From the sequence record PV805631.1: a stretch of DNA of 64,000 nt, one strand, 5' to 3'. The stretch's first letter is position 1. The number at the start of each line of letters is the position of its first letter. Below the pieces are notes generated by a model. The model did not search any database. It was given only the letters and a program-made list of their open reading frames with translations, and was not told the origin of the DNA. Origin of the DNA: a phage. Made by a program: the position numbers and the translations under genes. Shown piece by piece: positions 8,794 to 19,562 of this stretch.

Positions 8794-11358
8794 ATGTTAG
8801 TCGCAGATACCAATCAATCAGCCACTTCAGCGACACTGGGTGGCAAAGAAGCAATCGCTTTTGCCATCTCAGATGACCCGGCATTCTTTCATGTATTAAG
8901 TACCTCCTTGTATAACAACCCTACTCTGGCAGTAGTCCGTGAGACTATCTGTAACAGTTGGGATGCTCATATTGAAGCAGGTAAGACTGATACTCCTATC
9001 CGTATTACTATTGATACAGACAATTTTATTACCTTCCGTGACTTCGGTAATGGGATACCAGATGAACTCATTGGTTCCATTTATGGTGTCTACGGTGCAT
9101 CTACCAAGAAGTCCAACAGTAGTGTTACTGGTGGCTTTGGTTTGGGATGTAAATCCCCATTCGCTTATACAGATAGCTTCCAGGTTACTTCATGGAACCA
9201 GGGAAAGATGTCAGTATATAACGTAGCTAAGGCTGCGATTGAGAATGATGGTAAACCGGGTATTGTTCCTATTGTTACTGGTATTCCTACTGAGGAATCT
9301 GGTCTGGAAGTTAAATTCCAGCTAGGTAAACATGATGTGAATACCTTTGTACATTACATCACGTCAATTGTATTTAACGGTGAGATTAAGGCTGAGCTTA
9401 GTATTCCCAAACTTGTTCGTGAAGAAACAGGTAATAGTATTCAGCAGGGTAACTATACTCTACTGAATACGCTAGGTATGTCATTTGAACCAGGTTCATA
9501 TGATATGTCTGATAAATGGTATCAAGGCTATATGGGTAACAGCACCATCTTTGTTCGCTACGGTAACGTAATGTACCCAATAGTATCTAGCCCGGCTAGT
9601 GAAGAGGCTGTAGGTCTTATTCTCAACTTCATGAATATCATTGGAGCTGATAATTTAGTAGTTCAGGCTGCACCAGATACCTTAGCTATTGCCCCTAGTC
9701 GTGAAACGCTGTCTAACCAGAAGTTAACCGACGATGGTATTACTGCTCTATGCGTAGATTTAGTAGACCGTATGGAGAAAGAGATTAAGGCTAAGATTCC
9801 TGAAGCTATTAAGCAGGTTGAAGAATATGCCTCCCAATCTTCTACTCGTGACTGGGAATATCCTGCTTTCTTAAGTGCTGTTACAGACAGAACTGTTCAA
9901 CGCTATATGTCCTCTAGTTTGTGGGCTAAGCAGCGTAAACATCATGTTAAGCACTGGCGTAATCTATCCAATAAGGCATTACTAGCTCGCCCTGAATATG
10001 CAGGGCTTAAAAAACTGTATAGTAAGGCTATGCGTGCTCTTAAGTGTACGCGTGAAGATAAAACATACTATCAATTCCAGGATTTAGTATATCGGCATCT
10101 GCACTTACCTCAGCTTGCTGCTTTAAAAGCTACAGGTATTAAGTGGTCTGGTTACATAATGAACCAGGGTAGCAGTGTTGGCCTGGTAACAGGTAAACTT
10201 ACTGACTACTTTAAGATGGGCTATAACAGCCATTTGGGTATCGGTATATTCACTACCAAGAACGTTGTAGTTACAAGACGTTTATCTGACTGTGCAGACT
10301 CTTTTTCATACTTCCCTGATTACACCCAAGGTGATCTGAAGCGTACAGCTTTTGTTCACGTCGTTGGTCCTAAGAAAGGAGAAGCAGAAAAAGCTGTAGC
10401 TAAGTTCTCTGCTATGGGTTATCGGGTAATTGACCTTACTCAATACAATGAGTGGGACAAGCCAACTAACTTCCGCAGGGAACAGGCTAAGATAGCTGCT
10501 GAGAAGCGTGCTAAGACAATAGCTGCCAATAAAACCAAAGCAGGGGGTAAAACTAATGCACTGGTTTCATTGAATGCAGTACTTGGTACTACCCCTGTAC
10601 GAGATAAAAGCGGTGATTTGGTATCTAAACCATACATTGACAAGGATTTTGCTGACCCAAGATTCCATGAGGAACCTAGATTCGTTGAGGTGGATCTGCC
10701 TAAGTACTACGTACCAGCCAGTCAGGTTGTTTCTGGTAGACCAGCAACTGCCAAGATTGGAACCATGTGGAAATGGTATGAATTATCCGATGAGATGAAA
10801 GCAGAAACTGTTGTCTGTCGTAATCAAATCGAAGTTAACAAAGCCAAACGTCGTGGTGCTATTCACATTGACGATATTCGTCTTAATGAATTGATGTCTG
10901 TTATTACCAGCAAGGGATTCAAGAAGTACGCCACTGAACAACGTAACGGTGTTCTTGAGTATCTTGATTTAAATGACAAAGAATACTGTGAAATCCTCGA
11001 CATTCTTGGACTAACATTCAAACCATTACAGAGTCTGGTTCTTAAACCAGAGTACGAATGGGCATGTGACTTCCTAAGAAATCATTCAAGTAACAAAGAT
11101 AAACTGGTTGAGATGGGCCTCATTAAGTCAGTAGATGACTTGGAACCATATGTAAGGATGGTTAATCCTCGTATGCATAAGTATTTCAAAGTACTTAACG
11201 AGTACAAAGGGTTATTTAGATATAGCTGGAATGATAATGACATCCTGCAAAGCCTGGATTTGAGTAGATTAATCAAACATCTCAAGAAAAATCCAGAGGA
11301 TATTCCTGGGTTTAAGCCCCTCTACCGTAATCGTTTAAATAAACTGAAAGGTAAATAA
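8794..11358 (+). CDS. rIIA: rIIA-like protein with N-terminal GHKL-type ATPase fold
   Basis: 854 aa; 'NSWDAHIEAG...IRITID...FRDFGNGIP' is Bergerat-fold-like; followed directly by an rIIB-sized gene. Confidence 0.65.
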   Translation: MLVADTNQSATSATLGGKEAIAFAISDDPAFFHVLSTSLYNNPTLAVVRETICNSWDAHIEAGKTDTPIRITIDTDNFITFRDFGNGIPDELIGSIYGVYGASTKKSNSSVTGGFGLGCKSPFAYTDSFQVTSWNQGKMSVYNVAKAAIENDGKPGIVPIVTGIPTEESGLEVKFQLGKHDVNTFVHYITSIVFNGEIKAELSIPKLVREETGNSIQQGNYTLLNTLGMSFEPGSYDMSDKWYQGYMGNSTIFVRYGNVMYPIVSSPASEEAVGLILNFMNIIGADNLVVQAAPDTLAIAPSRETLSNQKLTDDGITALCVDLVDRMEKEIKAKIPEAIKQVEEYASQSSTRDWEYPAFLSAVTDRTVQRYMSSSLWAKQRKHHVKHWRNLSNKALLARPEYAGLKKLYSKAMRALKCTREDKTYYQFQDLVYRHLHLPQLAALKATGIKWSGYIMNQGSSVGLVTGKLTDYFKMGYNSHLGIGIFTTKNVVVTRRLSDCADSFSYFPDYTQGDLKRTAFVHVVGPKKGEAEKAVAKFSAMGYRVIDLTQYNEWDKPTNFRREQAKIAAEKRAKTIAANKTKAGGKTNALVSLNAVLGTTPVRDKSGDLVSKPYIDKDFADPRFHEEPRFVEVDLPKYYVPASQVVSGRPATAKIGTMWKWYELSDEMKAETVVCRNQIEVNKAKRRGAIHIDDIRLNELMSVITSKGFKKYATEQRNGVLEYLDLNDKEYCEILDILGLTFKPLQSLVLKPEYEWACDFLRNHSSNKDKLVEMGLIKSVDDLEPYVRMVNPRMHKYFKVLNEYKGLFRYSWNDNDILQSLDLSRLIKHLKKNPEDIPGFKPLYRNRLNKLKGK

Positions 11359-11362
11359 TCTG

Positions 11363-13408
11363 ATGAAAATCGAATTGATTTCTATCATCGCACTGGCAGT
11401 TGACAGTCGAAACCTCACACTGTGGAAGCCAGATGGCTCCACGGTTGTATATCCTCAGAGCGACCCACGGGTTGCTCGTATTGTATCTGAAGCACAGACC
11501 AAAGGTCTTGGTACTACCCAGGACCAAATAGAAGTAAACATTGCACCAGAAGTAGAGCTACGTACTGAATATCTGGAAGCAGAGAAGAACACCAACGGAT
11601 TCGTTCGCTTCTTTAAGGTAGCTAAAGCTAAACTCAAAGAGTTCTTCGAAGATGGTACAGGTGTTTCACCAGCCCGTACCGTTTCAGATATTAAGCTGGG
11701 TAATCCTACTAAGACGCTGGTATCTAAAGCTATGGATACCTTCCTGGCTGTTCAGGCTAATGAACCGGAGGTAACAGTAGCAGATGGTTACTACGACAAA
11801 CGTGACAATCTGATGTGGGTTACTGGCTGGGATAAAGACCATAACCATCTTGCACTGGTTCGTTTTATTAACGACGTACTTTGTTGGAGTCATAAACATA
11901 CTGATCTTACTCTTAGACAAGAATGGCCTATTGCAATTCGTGCAGTATCTGACGATGAAATGGGGGAGTTTGCTAAACAAGCTCAGAACATCAAAGGTGT
12001 ACACGTTGTATTTACCAATCGTGGGGAAACACCACTGCCTTACGTGGAAGTAGCTAAAACTACGAACCAGGATAAGCTGGCTGCTGCTTCTGAGAAACTG
12101 GCTGCATTGGGTGCTATCAGCACCGATGATGCTAACTTCCACACTGATGTGAAGGAAGATGAAGTGGTTGTTGCTGTTACCAACAATGGGGTTATCCCTG
12201 GGGTTGAGAACCTGCAACGTCACCTGCGTCAATCTGCCAAACTGAAAGACTACAAGGGCTTTACTAAGTTCCTTGAGCGTCTGGCTCCGGTTATTAAAGA
12301 CCGCCTGCACTCAGTGGAAGACCTGATGAAGTTCATGGAAACTGCTGAACTGCCTATCGCTGATGATGGCTCTATCCTGTTTCTGAAACGCCTTGAGTTC
12401 AGAGGTGAAGAAAATGGTAAACGTGTATTCGTTGACTGTCACTCGGGTAACATCCGTCAGTGGGTAGGCTGTAAAGTACAGGTACGGGAAGACCTGGTAG
12501 ACCCTGACCGTCGTCAGGACTGCTCTAATGGTCTGCACGTAGCATCCATGAGTTACATTCGTACCTTCGGTGGTAACGTAACTATCCTTGGTAAAGTAGC
12601 ACCAGAAGATGTATTTGCTGTTCCTGAGTACAACACTAATAAGATGCGTGTAGCTGCGTATCACATTATTGCTGAACTACCGGAAGAGGAACGTTGCAAC
12701 GTTAACAATGGCATTTATCTGTCTAAAACAGAAGTGGGTAAGAAACTGCTTAATGATGCCATCGTTGGGAACCATAGTTCACCTACCACACTCGTTATGG
12801 TTGGTGGGCATCATGGCACTAACCTCAAATACACCAATCTCTCGTCTGGTTCTGTAGAACAGTTCCGTACAGTTGCTAATAAAGAGGCACTGAATATGGA
12901 AGAGTCACTGAATGAAGCTGTAGCTGCTGAACCAGTGAAGGCTACTGACCTTAAACCTATTGTTAATAAGGCTCCTACCGTGAAAGAACAAATCCAGGAA
13001 CTGATTAAAGAGTTCCTTAACGCAACTACTCCGGAAGATAAATTAGCTGCTGCTGATTTGCTTGTGGAAATGCGAGGTAAGGCTCGTAAGCCATGGGCTG
13101 CTTTAGGTGTTGGTTCCGATGTGGTATCTAAGATTGCTGATGTGCGTAGTACTCGCATTCCTGCACCGAAAGCTGTACCAGTGAAGCAAGCTAAGGTTCA
13201 TCGCTCGGCTACTGCTACTAAGGTAGCACCGTCTGGTAAACACGCTGATAACCTGCGTAGCATCCTGAACGATACGTCCTACTCTGACTATCAGAAAGGT
13301 CATGCTCTACAAGACTATAAGCGTCATGCCAAGAAGTCATTCACTGCAATGGGTCTGACTGAAGAAGAAGCTAAGTTGGCTACCAAGCTGGCCAAGGCCG
13401 TTAAGTAA
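11363..13408 (+). CDS. rIIB: rIIB-like protein
   Basis: 681-aa ORF directly downstream of rIIA-like gene; call by synteny and size only. Confidence 0.5.
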   Translation: MKIELISIIALAVDSRNLTLWKPDGSTVVYPQSDPRVARIVSEAQTKGLGTTQDQIEVNIAPEVELRTEYLEAEKNTNGFVRFFKVAKAKLKEFFEDGTGVSPARTVSDIKLGNPTKTLVSKAMDTFLAVQANEPEVTVADGYYDKRDNLMWVTGWDKDHNHLALVRFINDVLCWSHKHTDLTLRQEWPIAIRAVSDDEMGEFAKQAQNIKGVHVVFTNRGETPLPYVEVAKTTNQDKLAAASEKLAALGAISTDDANFHTDVKEDEVVVAVTNNGVIPGVENLQRHLRQSAKLKDYKGFTKFLERLAPVIKDRLHSVEDLMKFMETAELPIADDGSILFLKRLEFRGEENGKRVFVDCHSGNIRQWVGCKVQVREDLVDPDRRQDCSNGLHVASMSYIRTFGGNVTILGKVAPEDVFAVPEYNTNKMRVAAYHIIAELPEEERCNVNNGIYLSKTEVGKKLLNDAIVGNHSSPTTLVMVGGHHGTNLKYTNLSSGSVEQFRTVANKEALNMEESLNEAVAAEPVKATDLKPIVNKAPTVKEQIQELIKEFLNATTPEDKLAAADLLVEMRGKARKPWAALGVGSDVVSKIADVRSTRIPAPKAVPVKQAKVHRSATATKVAPSGKHADNLRSILNDTSYSDYQKGHALQDYKRHAKKSFTAMGLTEEEAKLATKLAKAVK

Positions 13409-13411
13409 TAG

Positions 13412-13438
13412 CCTGTTCAAATGCCCTCACTTATAATA
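13412..13438 (+). promoter_or_regulatory. Hairpin after rIIB, possible weak terminator or regulatory element
   Basis: Stem CCCTCACTT / AAGTGAGGG with an AT-rich loop containing TATAAT. Confidence 0.3.
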
Positions 13439-13440
13439 AA

Positions 13441-13866
13441 GTGAGGGTAAATTTGAAGAGGAAGTGTACTATGAGTTCTGTATACAGAGTTAATCGCAAA
13501 GCAACTGATGAAGACATCATTCGTATGAATGCTGTTGGTCTATCCCTCGCAACTATCGCTAAGACGTTGGGGGTTCACCCCACTACGGTTACTCTGCGAT
13601 TGCGTTCTTTAAACATTGAACCAGCCGACACACGTCGGACGTTCATGGAGAATGTACTCCGTCCATTACCAACCCATGTGGTAGATTGGCTATCAGAGCA
13701 AGTTGGTCCTGCTTATGAGATTCGTTCATATGTAAGGGACTTGATTCTGGAGGCATATAATAATCGCCACCTTAACCAAGAGAGTGAGCATGACAAGTTC
13801 ATCCGTTTGTACGCTGGAAAACACACGGCAATGGTTTCTAAAAGCCGTACCAAATCCGACGAGTAA
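13441..13866 (+). CDS. Putative helix-turn-helix DNA-binding protein
   Basis: 'MNAVGLSLATIAKTLGVHPTTVTLRLRSL' is HTH-like; true start may be the Met at 13471. Confidence 0.45.
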   Translation: MRVNLKRKCTMSSVYRVNRKATDEDIIRMNAVGLSLATIAKTLGVHPTTVTLRLRSLNIEPADTRRTFMENVLRPLPTHVVDWLSEQVGPAYEIRSYVRDLILEAYNNRHLNQESEHDKFIRLYAGKHTAMVSKSRTKSDE

Positions 13867-13904
13867 GAACATTAGTACCCAGATTGGTTGTCATCTGGAA
13901 GAAG

Positions 13905-14245
13905 TAGAAGAAATGCTTCAGACCATTTATCCAAATGGTAGCTACGATGCAGAACTACTACAACGTGCACAGGATGCCATTACAAATCTGGCAAACCATA
14001 TGAAGCGTAATGACGATGCCTACCGTATTGATGGTAGTACCAACTTGCTGGATGCACTAGCAGACCAGATTGTTACAGCAACTGGCGTCGGTACTTTCCT
14101 TGGGATGAATGTCCCTGGAGCATTGGCTGAAGTCAATCGCTCAAACTATTCCAAGTTCGAAGATGGAGAACCTATCTTCAACGAGAACAAGAAAGTCATG
14201 AAGGGGAAAGATTACACTCCCCCTGATTTAAAACCTTACATCTAA
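13905..14245 (+). CDS. Hypothetical protein (possibly all-alpha NTP-pyrophosphohydrolase-like)
   Basis: ORF frame 13784-14245 overlaps the HTH gene; first ATG at 13905 lies downstream of its stop. 'EEVEE' and acidic helices are only suggestive. Confidence 0.35.
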
Positions 14246-14266
14246 CCCTCTACGGAGGGTTTTTTA
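14245..14266 (+). terminator. Intrinsic terminator
   Basis: Stem ACCCTC / GAGGGT, loop TACG, then TTTTT. Confidence 0.7.
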
Positions 14267-14278
14267 CTGGAGATTTAA

Positions 14279-15589
14279 ATGTTTTCCAAACCTACCAAAG
14301 CCCCATTGAACCAGGGGCAAGAAGCGGTTGCGAAGGAGTTCTTCGACTTCCTGCTCGACCCTAATGCCACAGAGTTCGGAATAAGTGGACCTGGAGGAAC
14401 TGGTAAGACATTCCTGATGTCGCACCTCATTGATGACACTATGCCTGCATATATGGAAACCTGTTCTCTAATGGGAACCAAGCCTCTGTATAACGAAGTT
14501 GTCATGACTGCGACCACGAACAAAGCTGCTGAAGTTCTGGCTCAAGCTACTGGACGTCCAACGTCTACCTATCATTCCTTCCAGGGACTGATTGTTAAGA
14601 ATGACTTTAAAACCGGTGAGGCTAATGTCGTACCGTCTAAGTCATTCAATATTAAGAAGAACAAGATTATCTTCGTAGATGAAGCATCCATGATTGACCG
14701 TCAGTTACTTAAGTATGCACGTGAAGGTACTCACCAGTGCAAACTGGTATTCGTAGGTGATGCTTCTCAGCTTCTGCCTGTTAAAGAGAGTAAGTCTCCA
14801 GTGTATGCTGGCAATATCCCAACACACTATCTGACTGAACAGATGCGTACCGATACACCGGAACTCAAAGCATTGCACCAGCAATTGCGTGATACGGTGG
14901 AAGGTAAGACAGGCTTCCTGCCTATTAAATGTATTCCAGGCATTATTGACTGGGTACAAGGGGAAGAGATGGAGAAACTGGTTCTCAGTCACTTCACCCA
15001 ACCCACCAATAGCCGTATTGTTGCTTACACCAATGACCAGGTTATTAATTACAATAACTACATTCGTGAAGCTAATGGCTACGTAGGTGAATACTCCATT
15101 GGTGAACAACTAGTTTCTAACTCAGCTGTTCGCTTGGGCGGGGAAGACCGTCTGTCTATCGAGCAGGACGTAAAACTCATTGACCAAGATAGCAGTACTC
15201 GCATGATTAAGGTTACAGGCGACCTGGAACTGGAAGTCCGTGATAGTACTCTAGACCTTGGTTATGGTGGTATTGTTAGTGAAGTACCAGTTCCTACCGA
15301 CCCAGACTACTTCAACCGTTTGGTTAAGTGGTTAGGTAAAGAGAAGAACTGGGAACCTTACTTCCGCCTTAAAGAAACCATTCCAGACCTGCGTGCTACT
15401 CATGCATGTACTGTTCATAAATCACAAGGCTCTACTTACGACACAATCTTCATTGATGCAAATGACCTCTCAAGCTGTCGCCAACCTGATATGGTTGCCC
15501 GTCTGCTTTACGTCGCTGTGTCTCGTGCCCGTAAGCGAGTAGTGTTCTATGGCAATCTTGCCAGTAAGTATGGTGGTCTAACTTTCTAA
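14279..15589 (+). CDS. Dda/RecD-like superfamily 1 DNA helicase
   Basis: Walker A 'GPGGTGKT', Walker B 'IIFVDEASMI', C-terminal 'ACTVHKSQGSTYDTIFID'. Confidence 0.8.
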   Translation: MFSKPTKAPLNQGQEAVAKEFFDFLLDPNATEFGISGPGGTGKTFLMSHLIDDTMPAYMETCSLMGTKPLYNEVVMTATTNKAAEVLAQATGRPTSTYHSFQGLIVKNDFKTGEANVVPSKSFNIKKNKIIFVDEASMIDRQLLKYAREGTHQCKLVFVGDASQLLPVKESKSPVYAGNIPTHYLTEQMRTDTPELKALHQQLRDTVEGKTGFLPIKCIPGIIDWVQGEEMEKLVLSHFTQPTNSRIVAYTNDQVINYNNYIREANGYVGEYSIGEQLVSNSAVRLGGEDRLSIEQDVKLIDQDSSTRMIKVTGDLELEVRDSTLDLGYGGIVSEVPVPTDPDYFNRLVKWLGKEKNWEPYFRLKETIPDLRATHACTVHKSQGSTYDTIFIDANDLSSCRQPDMVARLLYVAVSRARKRVVFYGNLASKYGGLTF

Positions 15590-15599
15590 GGGAGGGTAT

Positions 15600-16130
15600 A
15601 TGCCTCAGATTGGTTCAGCGACTATTGGTCAGGTTGCCAATAGTAGTGAGATAGTCAAACACCTGTTCTTAGCAGAACTGGTTCGTCTTGATGGTGTGTT
15701 AAACGGCATTATTGATAAGAATGATCGTATCAATGGCGTAGACGTATCGGCTGGATTTCTTCATCAAGGGGAGTTCTATCAGCGTTCTAACGCTACCAGA
15801 CCTCCAACCTACGGTGAGCGATTAACACTTAATCCAGAACTTTGGCCTGCAATGGACAAGTATCTGAAAGCCTCCAGTCGTCTGATTATGGAAGTACACC
15901 TTGTGAACCAGACTGTATATCGTCTGGTTCGTGGTTGTATGTCCTATCAGGATGTACGTGATGCTTTACCTGAATGTCTGGTAGCACAAGACCAGACTGG
16001 TCAGTACAAAGGACTACCACGTACTCGTGAAGCTGCTTGGACTCTTGCTGGTGATGCTATGGCAATCAAACAGTATGAGAAGATTCTTCCCTCTATCGAG
16101 TACTATGCAGCTTCACATCTGATTTTCTAA
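15600..16130 (+). CDS. Hypothetical protein
   Basis: 176-aa ORF with RBS GGGAGGG; lies between helicase and polymerase. Confidence 0.45.
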   Translation: MPQIGSATIGQVANSSEIVKHLFLAELVRLDGVLNGIIDKNDRINGVDVSAGFLHQGEFYQRSNATRPPTYGERLTLNPELWPAMDKYLKASSRLIMEVHLVNQTVYRLVRGCMSYQDVRDALPECLVAQDQTGQYKGLPRTREAAWTLAGDAMAIKQYEKILPSIEYYAASHLIF

Positions 16131-16139
16131 GGTAAAGCT

Positions 16140-18719
16140 ATGCGTTACATCACCTCTCAGGATACTGGCAAGTATCCTATTGCTATCCTCGGTCATCAAA
16201 TCCGAAGGGAGGAGATGATTAAAACCTACCTGCTGCCTTATGACCTAAGCATGGAAGATTTCATCTTCCTTGAACTTCATTCTGCCCCTGGCAAGAAGAA
16301 GACCCCTGCAAGGGAGATTAAGGAGTTCATACAGCAGGAACTACAGCAAGTACTGGATGATGCAGAGACTCAATACATTATCTGTACCGATTCTGACTAC
16401 TTCAAAATACTGACTAAAGAAGCTAAAGCAGAGGCTAACCTCGGCTATGTTTGTGATTCAGTATGGGGTAAGCAGAAGGTTATCTATACACCTAGCTACA
16501 GACAGGTCTTTTATGACCCACCTGTAGTGAAAGCCAAGATTGCTCAGGGAATGGATGCATTACTTAACCACATTCGCGGACAGTATGCTGAACCAGGGCA
16601 GGGAATCATTGAGTTTGAAGCCTACCCAGATACACCCGAAAAGATTAAAGCCTGGTTGGACCAGTTGCTTGAGATGAATAAGCCTCTGGCTATAGACATC
16701 GAATCATTCGGTTTAAAGCACTATAACGCAGGCATAGGAACGATTACGTTCTGTTGGAGTAAGACACAAGGCATAGCCTTTAATGTGGACTACGAGCCAA
16801 TTAAGGGAGCTACTGAAGCACCTTATGGGCGTATAAACAGGAATGATGTTGTTCGTAACCTGTTACGCGAGTTCTTCATTAAGTACACCCAACGGCAGAT
16901 GTATCACAACATTAGCTATGACGTGTACATACTTATCTATCAGTTATTCATGGATAACCTGATTGATACGGAAGGCTTACTACATGGCATGGAAATCATG
17001 CTACGTAACTGGGACTGTACTAAGTTAATCACCTACCTGGCTACTAACAGTTGTGCCGGTAATCACCTTAGTCTGAAAGACCAGGCTCAGGAGTATGCTG
17101 GTAACTATGCTCAGGATGATATTAAAGACATACGTCTTATTCCTAATGAGCAACTGTTACGCTACAACCTCATTGATGGTTTGTGTACGTGGTACACCTA
17201 CGAGAAGCACTGGGATACTCTCATTGCTGATGACCAACTAGATGTTTACAACAACATCTTTAAACCAGCCTGTGAAGACATTATTCAGATGCAGTTAACC
17301 GGTATGCCCATGAATATGGAAACCGTTAACCAAGTGGCTGAAGAGATGGAAACTGACAGGAACCAGGCTTTGAAAACTATTCGTGAGTCTAAGCTCATGA
17401 AGAATTTCACCCTGATGCTTCGTCAGGAATGGGTAGACGATAAGAATGCTAAGCTTAAGAAGAAGCAAGTAACATTGGCTGATTGTGACATTGAGTTTAA
17501 TCCTAACTCCGGTCCTCAATTACAGAAACTGTTATTTGATTATATTGGCTTACCGGTTCTTGGTCTTACTAAGAGCAAGCAACCTGCTACTGACGGTGAC
17601 ACTATTAAAGCACTGCGTACACATACGCAGAGTGAAGATGTTAAGGAACTGCTCAATGCACTTATCGACTATAAACTCGTGGATAAGATTATCACTAGTT
17701 TTATACCAGCTTTCAGGAATGCCCAACCGGGGCCGGATGGCTGGCACTATCTGTTCGGAAACCTCAATCTGGGAGGCACAGTCTCCGGTAGGCTATCGGC
17801 TTCAGAGCCAAATCTACAAACAATTCCATCCGGTTCTAAATATGCCAAGAAGATTAAGAAATGCTTCGAAGCCCCTCCTGGCTGGATATTTTGCGGTTTG
17901 GACTTCGCCTCGCTGGAAGACAGAATATCTGCATTGACTACCAAAGACCCCCAGAAGCTGAAGGTGTATACCGATGGCTATGATGGTCATAGTCTTCGTG
18001 CGTATGCTTACTTTGGTGAGCAGATGCCAGACATAGTAGACACAGTTGAGTCAATCAATTCTATTCAGACGAAGTACAAGCACTTGCGTAGTGATTCTAA
18101 AGCCCCAACTTTCTTGCTTACCTATGGTGGCACGTACATGGGCTTGATGAAAAACTGTGGCTTCTCAGAAGAGAAAGCTAAGACAACAGAGAAACGTTAT
18201 CACGACCTCTATGTAGTTAGTGATGCGTGGGTTCAGGCTAAGCTAGATGAAGCTGCCAAAACTGGTTATGTTACTGCTGCATTTGGTTTGAGAGTGCGTA
18301 CTCCTTTACTGGCTCAGGTATTACGTGGGACATGTAAGACTCCATATGAAGCAGAAGCTGAAGGTAGGACTGCTGGTAATGCCTTGGGGCAAAGCTGGTG
18401 TCTACTGAATAACCGTGCTGGTTCAGAATTTATGCGTAAAGTCAGAGCCAGTGAGTTCAGATTAGATATACGCCCTAGTATTCACATTCATGATGCTCAG
18501 TACTTCATGATTCGTGACAATATGGATACCTTGCAGTACACGAACAAGCACTTGGTGGAAGCCGTTAACTGGCAAGACCATCCTGATATTGCTCATCCAG
18601 AAGTTGGTTTGGGTGGGGAACTATCCTTGTTTTACCCAACGTGGGCTAACGAGATTGAGATTCCAAATCACGCTACCCCAGAAGAAGTTCATCAAATAAT
18701 TCAAAAGGCATTCGCATGA
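16140..18719 (+). CDS. Family A DNA polymerase with 3'-5' exonuclease domain
   Basis: Exo motif 'LAIDIESFGL'; Pol A motif A 'LDFASLEDRI', motif B 'RSDSKAPTFLLTYGG', motif C 'IHIHDAQY'. Confidence 0.9.
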   Translation: MRYITSQDTGKYPIAILGHQIRREEMIKTYLLPYDLSMEDFIFLELHSAPGKKKTPAREIKEFIQQELQQVLDDAETQYIICTDSDYFKILTKEAKAEANLGYVCDSVWGKQKVIYTPSYRQVFYDPPVVKAKIAQGMDALLNHIRGQYAEPGQGIIEFEAYPDTPEKIKAWLDQLLEMNKPLAIDIESFGLKHYNAGIGTITFCWSKTQGIAFNVDYEPIKGATEAPYGRINRNDVVRNLLREFFIKYTQRQMYHNISYDVYILIYQLFMDNLIDTEGLLHGMEIMLRNWDCTKLITYLATNSCAGNHLSLKDQAQEYAGNYAQDDIKDIRLIPNEQLLRYNLIDGLCTWYTYEKHWDTLIADDQLDVYNNIFKPACEDIIQMQLTGMPMNMETVNQVAEEMETDRNQALKTIRESKLMKNFTLMLRQEWVDDKNAKLKKKQVTLADCDIEFNPNSGPQLQKLLFDYIGLPVLGLTKSKQPATDGDTIKALRTHTQSEDVKELLNALIDYKLVDKIITSFIPAFRNAQPGPDGWHYLFGNLNLGGTVSGRLSASEPNLQTIPSGSKYAKKIKKCFEAPPGWIFCGLDFASLEDRISALTTKDPQKLKVYTDGYDGHSLRAYAYFGEQMPDIVDTVESINSIQTKYKHLRSDSKAPTFLLTYGGTYMGLMKNCGFSEEKAKTTEKRYHDLYVVSDAWVQAKLDEAAKTGYVTAAFGLRVRTPLLAQVLRGTCKTPYEAEAEGRTAGNALGQSWCLLNNRAGSEFMRKVRASEFRLDIRPSIHIHDAQYFMIRDNMDTLQYTNKHLVEAVNWQDHPDIAHPEVGLGGELSLFYPTWANEIEIPNHATPEEVHQIIQKAFA

Positions 18720-19021
18720 CTAAAAGTACTAAAGAAACCATCGTCAAAAAATATCATTGGATGGTGGCAGCACAGGTAATCTTCCAGCTCCCTAAAGCTG
18801 ATGATGGTTCTCTGCTTACCATGAACACAATGCTGCTCACTACCGAACCTCATGTGACCTATAAAGATTTGGCTCGTGCCAATCATTCCCTGAAAATTAG
18901 TCTGGACCAGCGTTTCGACACCTCAGTTGACCTGAAAGACATTGTTTATCTGTCTCTTAGCAACCTGGGTCTGATGTCTGAACCAGAGTTCCAGGCAAAC
19001 ATGATTCCCAAGGGGGAATAA
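18716..19021 (+). CDS. Hypothetical protein
   Basis: ATGA overlap with the polymerase stop. Confidence 0.4.
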   Translation: MTKSTKETIVKKYHWMVAAQVIFQLPKADDGSLLTMNTMLLTTEPHVTYKDLARANHSLKISLDQRFDTSVDLKDIVYLSLSNLGLMSEPEFQANMIPKGE

Positions 19022-19491
19022 TGACTAAGCTCTCCGGTGGCCTTAATAACTACTATGTAGTTTCAATTAAGAATCCCCAACGGAAAGAGCAAGAGCCATA
19101 TCAAGCAGAGTGTGAGGATATTATCCAAGCACTGGGCATGACCTTCGATGAAGGTTGTGCCTTTAAAGCTCTATGGCGAAATGCTGCTGCCCGTATGGGT
19201 AATGGTAAACCAGGTAATAAAGCCCTGTATGACTGTGAGAAGCTAGTTCATTACGCTAATCGTATTCTCGCTAAAGAAAGGTTAGCGGAGGAACCAGCAG
19301 TCAAAGATGTCCTTAACTCTGTGTGTAATAATTGGATTTACTCTAACGAGAAACCTCTGCTCACTAAACCATTTACGTTTATTGAGGTTATCTTCAAAGA
19401 CCAGACTATCCCTATTCCAAGCACTTACCTTGCGAATAACATTGGAGCAATTCCTTGGGATAATGTACAGAAATACAGGATTACTTACTGA
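19021..19491 (+). CDS. Hypothetical protein
   Basis: 156-aa ORF in operon context. Confidence 0.4.
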   Translation: MTKLSGGLNNYYVVSIKNPQRKEQEPYQAECEDIIQALGMTFDEGCAFKALWRNAAARMGNGKPGNKALYDCEKLVHYANRILAKERLAEEPAVKDVLNSVCNNWIYSNEKPLLTKPFTFIEVIFKDQTIPIPSTYLANNIGAIPWDNVQKYRITY

Positions 19492-19562
19492 TGAAGATAA
19501 CCAACAACCATGATGTCTCACTAGCTCTGGCTGTATGGCTATTGCATGATGAGTAACTAATT

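Noticed and set aside
11684-13303. Minus-strand ORFs inside the rIIB-like gene (11684-12310, 12311-12664, 12811-13158)
   Set aside because: Antisense shadow frames within a continuous plus-strand coding region; no independent start signals.
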